From the human T2T-CHM13v2.0 reference genome, Homo sapiens: a stretch of 64,000 nucleotides of DNA. The notes under the pieces are model-generated. The model ran no database searches. It had not been told where the DNA came from and saw only the letters and a program-made list of their open reading frames with translations. Below are positions 60,579 to 64,000 of the stretch, in pieces. The DNA is taken from NCBI RefSeq assembly GCF_009914755.1, contig NC_060930.1; one strand, given 5' to 3'. The position numbers were made by a program, and so were the translations under genes. The first letter of the stretch is position 1; each line of letters begins with the position of its first letter.

Positions 60579-62454
60579 GAATATTTTTTATTTGGAATTT
60601 TGTTTATGTACCTCTGGAATTTTTATTTGTTTATGTACCTAACCCTACTGGAACATAAGTTTGATGGCAGCAGAAATGTTGTTTTGCTCATTGCTATAGT
60701 TTCCATGCTTAGAGACGCTCTGGTAGACAGAAAGTAGGCAAAATACACTTGCCAAATGAATGAAAATGCCAATTTCAGCGTGTAGCATAAAAAAGGTGCT
60801 CATGCAATGCTAGTTTTCATTTTACCTCCCTTCCACTTTTTTTTTTGTCATGGCTGAGAAATTGTTAAATTCTGTTGAAACTGAAGCTCTGATTTCTTTC
60901 TGCTGCCTCCTGACACTGCTGGTGCCCCACATGTGTGAACCGGGGTGTGAGGTTATGCCATCCATTTGTAGTCTGGGACAGACGGAAACTGAGTTTGGAG
61001 CCAGAATGGAAAGCTTTGGTATCTGCCTAATTCTACCTGAATGGGACATTAATTTCAATGCTTTGTTCTTCTAAATGATTTTGAATGTTCAGATCATCAG
61101 ATGCCTCCATAATCAAAAGAAATCCTTTCGAGAATAAAATGTAAATGGTTCTCAGAAGATCACCTGCTTGGCATGAGCTGTCTTGCTCTCTACTGTTATA
61201 CATTTTTCCAAGTTGGCTGCACATGCAAACTTACAGATAAGTATAAATCAAAATTAGCAGCTCTCTTCTCCCCTGGCTACACATCCTGCATTACACAGAT
61301 AGCAAAACCCACTGGCAGAGTGTTCCTCAGAGCTGATCCACATGGATGGTTTTTGCTCCTAATATGACAATATGCTGGGACCTGTGGATATCTGTCTGGG
61401 TGAGTAGTTTTTGTACGAACTTATATGTGCAAATAAAATCTGTTATTTTCCAAATTAAAAATAAACCTCAAAGGCAATGGATTCCAAATGACTTGGAGAG
61501 ATATGTTTAAAAAAATATGGAAAGGATATAAGGGTCTGTTAAACTCAATGACATTTGGAATAAATATAAAATTCCAGTGGTCTCCATCTTCACCTTAGCT
61601 GCATTGCTTTCTCTGATTTACTGAAGATGATAATAGATTCTTGTCTTGAACTGAAAAAATACAAAATAGTCATTAATTATCCTAAGATTAAATCTGTGCT
61701 TTTTTCATCCAACAGACTGTGGACAGTAACTGCAAAGTAGCTAAGAGAAAATGGTTTAATAATGAAAAGAAATTTGCATTAAGGAAGAAGGGATTTACTC
61801 ATACTTTGGAAGTCAAAGAAAAATACTGCAATCCTGTCAGCACCCGGAAGGCACCATTTACTATGTGCTGTCTCTTTCATTGCAAGAGGACACAGATTGT
61901 ATTTTTAGTGCAGTAAACAGCAGATTCCACTGTGGGAATCCTTGCAGTTGGTACCTATAGCAACCTCATTTAAAATGTTATAAAGCTCTAAAACATCAGG
62001 GGTTTAGGCAATCAGTCATATATACCTCCATACAGACATTCAGCCACTCACACACATACATGCTTGTCCACACACTGATAGTAAATCGTGTGTAATATGA
62101 TATTACTCATGGAGTTTTACCATTGAATCATGTTTGACAGCCATGGTAAAGAACTGAGAAAAAGCAAATATTCTACCATTGCAACCAGCAGCAAGAACAT
62201 ATTTGTGCCTAAATAGCATATTACACCATCTGGTAAGCAACCACCTAAAATGAACACTCTTATGATTAAACATGGAGAATCTGACTGACATTTTAGAGTT
62301 TCTATTTGTAAGGGATGCTTTTGATGCCACACCCATGTATTTTTGGCACTCACCTTCATACACCAAAGGCTGCTACCACAAAACCTATGACTTCCTTCTG
62401 AAAAAGCTTTTTTTCTTTTGATAATTTTGGTATCAATGTTTTTCTCTTTTTTTT

Positions 62455-62875
62455 TTCCTTCTGAGAGTTTTTGGTGGCCTCAAGGAAGAGCACAGTTAGC
62501 CTGTGTTCAGAGAAAGCCAAAGGGCTGGAGAGTTAATGTCCCCAAAGCATCCCCCAAAGTCCTGACAGAAAAGAAAGGTAAGCTCCAAGACAGGGGAGCC
62601 AGGATTTGAAATATTAACACATGAGCTTCCCTGTGGCTTGGCTGGGATAATTTGGGGTGCTGTTCCCATGGTCTCCCGCAGTTCCCTATCAGACTTGAGC
62701 GCCAGCTTCCACAGTGGTAACCAGTTTGATAACACTTCCCTTATTGGCCTTATTTCTTTTCCTAGGATACTTCCTCATTTTCCTACTGGTGTTTTATAGG
62801 ATCGCCCCCCATTAAACTACTTGGATTCTAAGCCTTGTATCAGGGTCTGCTTCTGGGACAACCCAAACTAAGACA
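62455..62875 (+). mobile_element. LTR16-family (ERVL) solo LTR
   Basis: attaaactacttgg...cagggtctgcttctgggacaacccaaactaagaca canonical end. Confidence 0.82.
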
Positions 62876-63062
62876 CTATCTTCAGTCTTTATTCCCTTCT
62901 GTTAGGATAAAATATAATTTTCATCAAATACTCTGGAACATACATCCCTTATGGATTCCAAAGAAATGGGATCCTCACCAAAAGCTCAAGTCCAGAAAAG
63001 TCCCACAATTAGGCATGTGCTTATTTTAACATATCAGAATGTTTTCCCCATAGCATAAATAC

Positions 63063-63127
63063 CTGTAATGGTGGAATAATTCTTAAAACCAATAGAAAAC
63101 TTACTATAGAACACCATTTGAGTAGAT
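63063..63127 (-). other. Candidate 65-nt exon on the minus strand (speculative)
   Basis: Minus: ccctcctatttacccctag|ATCTAC...TTACAG|gtattt; donor is weak. Confidence 0.15.
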
Positions 63128-63683
63128 CTAGGGGTAAATAGGAGGGTAACCCCTTATCTTTTCTTCTTTTGCTACTTTCTTTTTAGTGCTACCCACATAT
63201 TTTCTCAGTATAAATGTGTCCCTGAATTTCATTCTTCTGTGCAAAAAATATATTTGCTGGTTCTATTCAACAAATGCAACCAACACATTAAAACGAACAT
63301 TTATTCAGCATTTCCATGCGCTTGGCACTGACTTTAAAACCAATACTGTAGTCCTTACAGCTTTTCACTCTATTCCAGAGATAAGCCTTCAACATATGGA
63401 AAAACATAAAATAAATGTTAAAAAGTATAAATATTCAAGCATGAAATTTTATGGTAATTAAAAGAATCATATGTAGAAACAGCTCCAAATGTCAAATGCT
63501 GTACTGTAGCAGTAGTTCAGGTGAAAGAAAGGTGAAAACAAGTAAAAAGATACATAGAACTGTCTGCATTTTAGGCTTTCATATTACAGATAAATTCTTA
63601 AACCAATGACCTGAAGGCCTCAGTTCATTCTGCATGCTCTTGGATGACGTGTAACAGCAAACTCTTCTGGCTGGTTACTTATA

Positions 63684-64000
63684 ATCCATTCATTTGATCA
63701 GTCAACCAAAATTTATTGAGTAACCCCCAAATACACATCAGTGAACAACAAAAAAAAAATCCTGCCCTCATGAAGTTTGTGTTCTAAAAAGGATAAACAG
63801 TACATTAACATAAGCAATTACATTTATAATATAATGTTAAGTACCACGACTCTAACAAACAATAAAGCAAGCACAGTAGAGCTACAGAAAAATGATCTCA
63901 TGATTATTTTAGATAGGGTGGTCAAGGATGGCTTCTCTGAGGGTACCTTATTTGAACAGCGGGAACTAGCTCCCAAAGAAGTGAGAATAAAATATTCCAG
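63684..64000 (-). mobile_element. L2a 3' end
   Basis: aatttattgag...cctgccctcatgaagttt...ttttagatagggtggtcaaggatggcttctctgagg. Confidence 0.82.

Larger units (their letters stand above)
59150..60765 (+). mobile_element. L2 fragments split by L1MA, a low-complexity tract and an Alu
   Basis: ctggctgctccctctgcctggaag...cattcaggtctca; ends acacttgccaaatgaatgaa. Confidence 0.65.

Overview
Primate (very probably human) AT-rich, CpG-poor genomic DNA with no CpG island, no RNA gene and no recognisable intact protein-coding gene. Most of it is interspersed repeat: nine near-full-length Alus and two Alu fragments, 5'-truncated L1s (L1PA/L1PB/L1MA-ME types), many L2 and MIR remnants, about ten solo LTRs, and DNA-transposon relics (MER58, MER20, MER3, Tigger3a, MER2B, MER103, Charlie1, and a piggyBac MITE MER85). 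Family names come from my recall of the consensus sequences, so subfamily calls need RepeatMasker/Dfam confirmation. The supplied ORFs are L1 ORF2 remnants, Alu-derived frames or chance ORFs. The most notable observations are: (1) a recent 207-bp, 206/207-identical local copy pasted into the tail of an old L1PB; (2) a MER85 that lacks its left TIR and has its CSB-PGBD3-binding palindrome flipped; (3) a perfect 28-bp-arm inverted repeat and several other template-switch scars; (4) a three-level nested LTR stack with all TSDs visible; (5) an LTR/L1 orientation bias suggesting a minus-strand host transcript, plus a speculative chain of four phase-compatible minus-strand exons. I cannot support a claim of a wholly new biological system.
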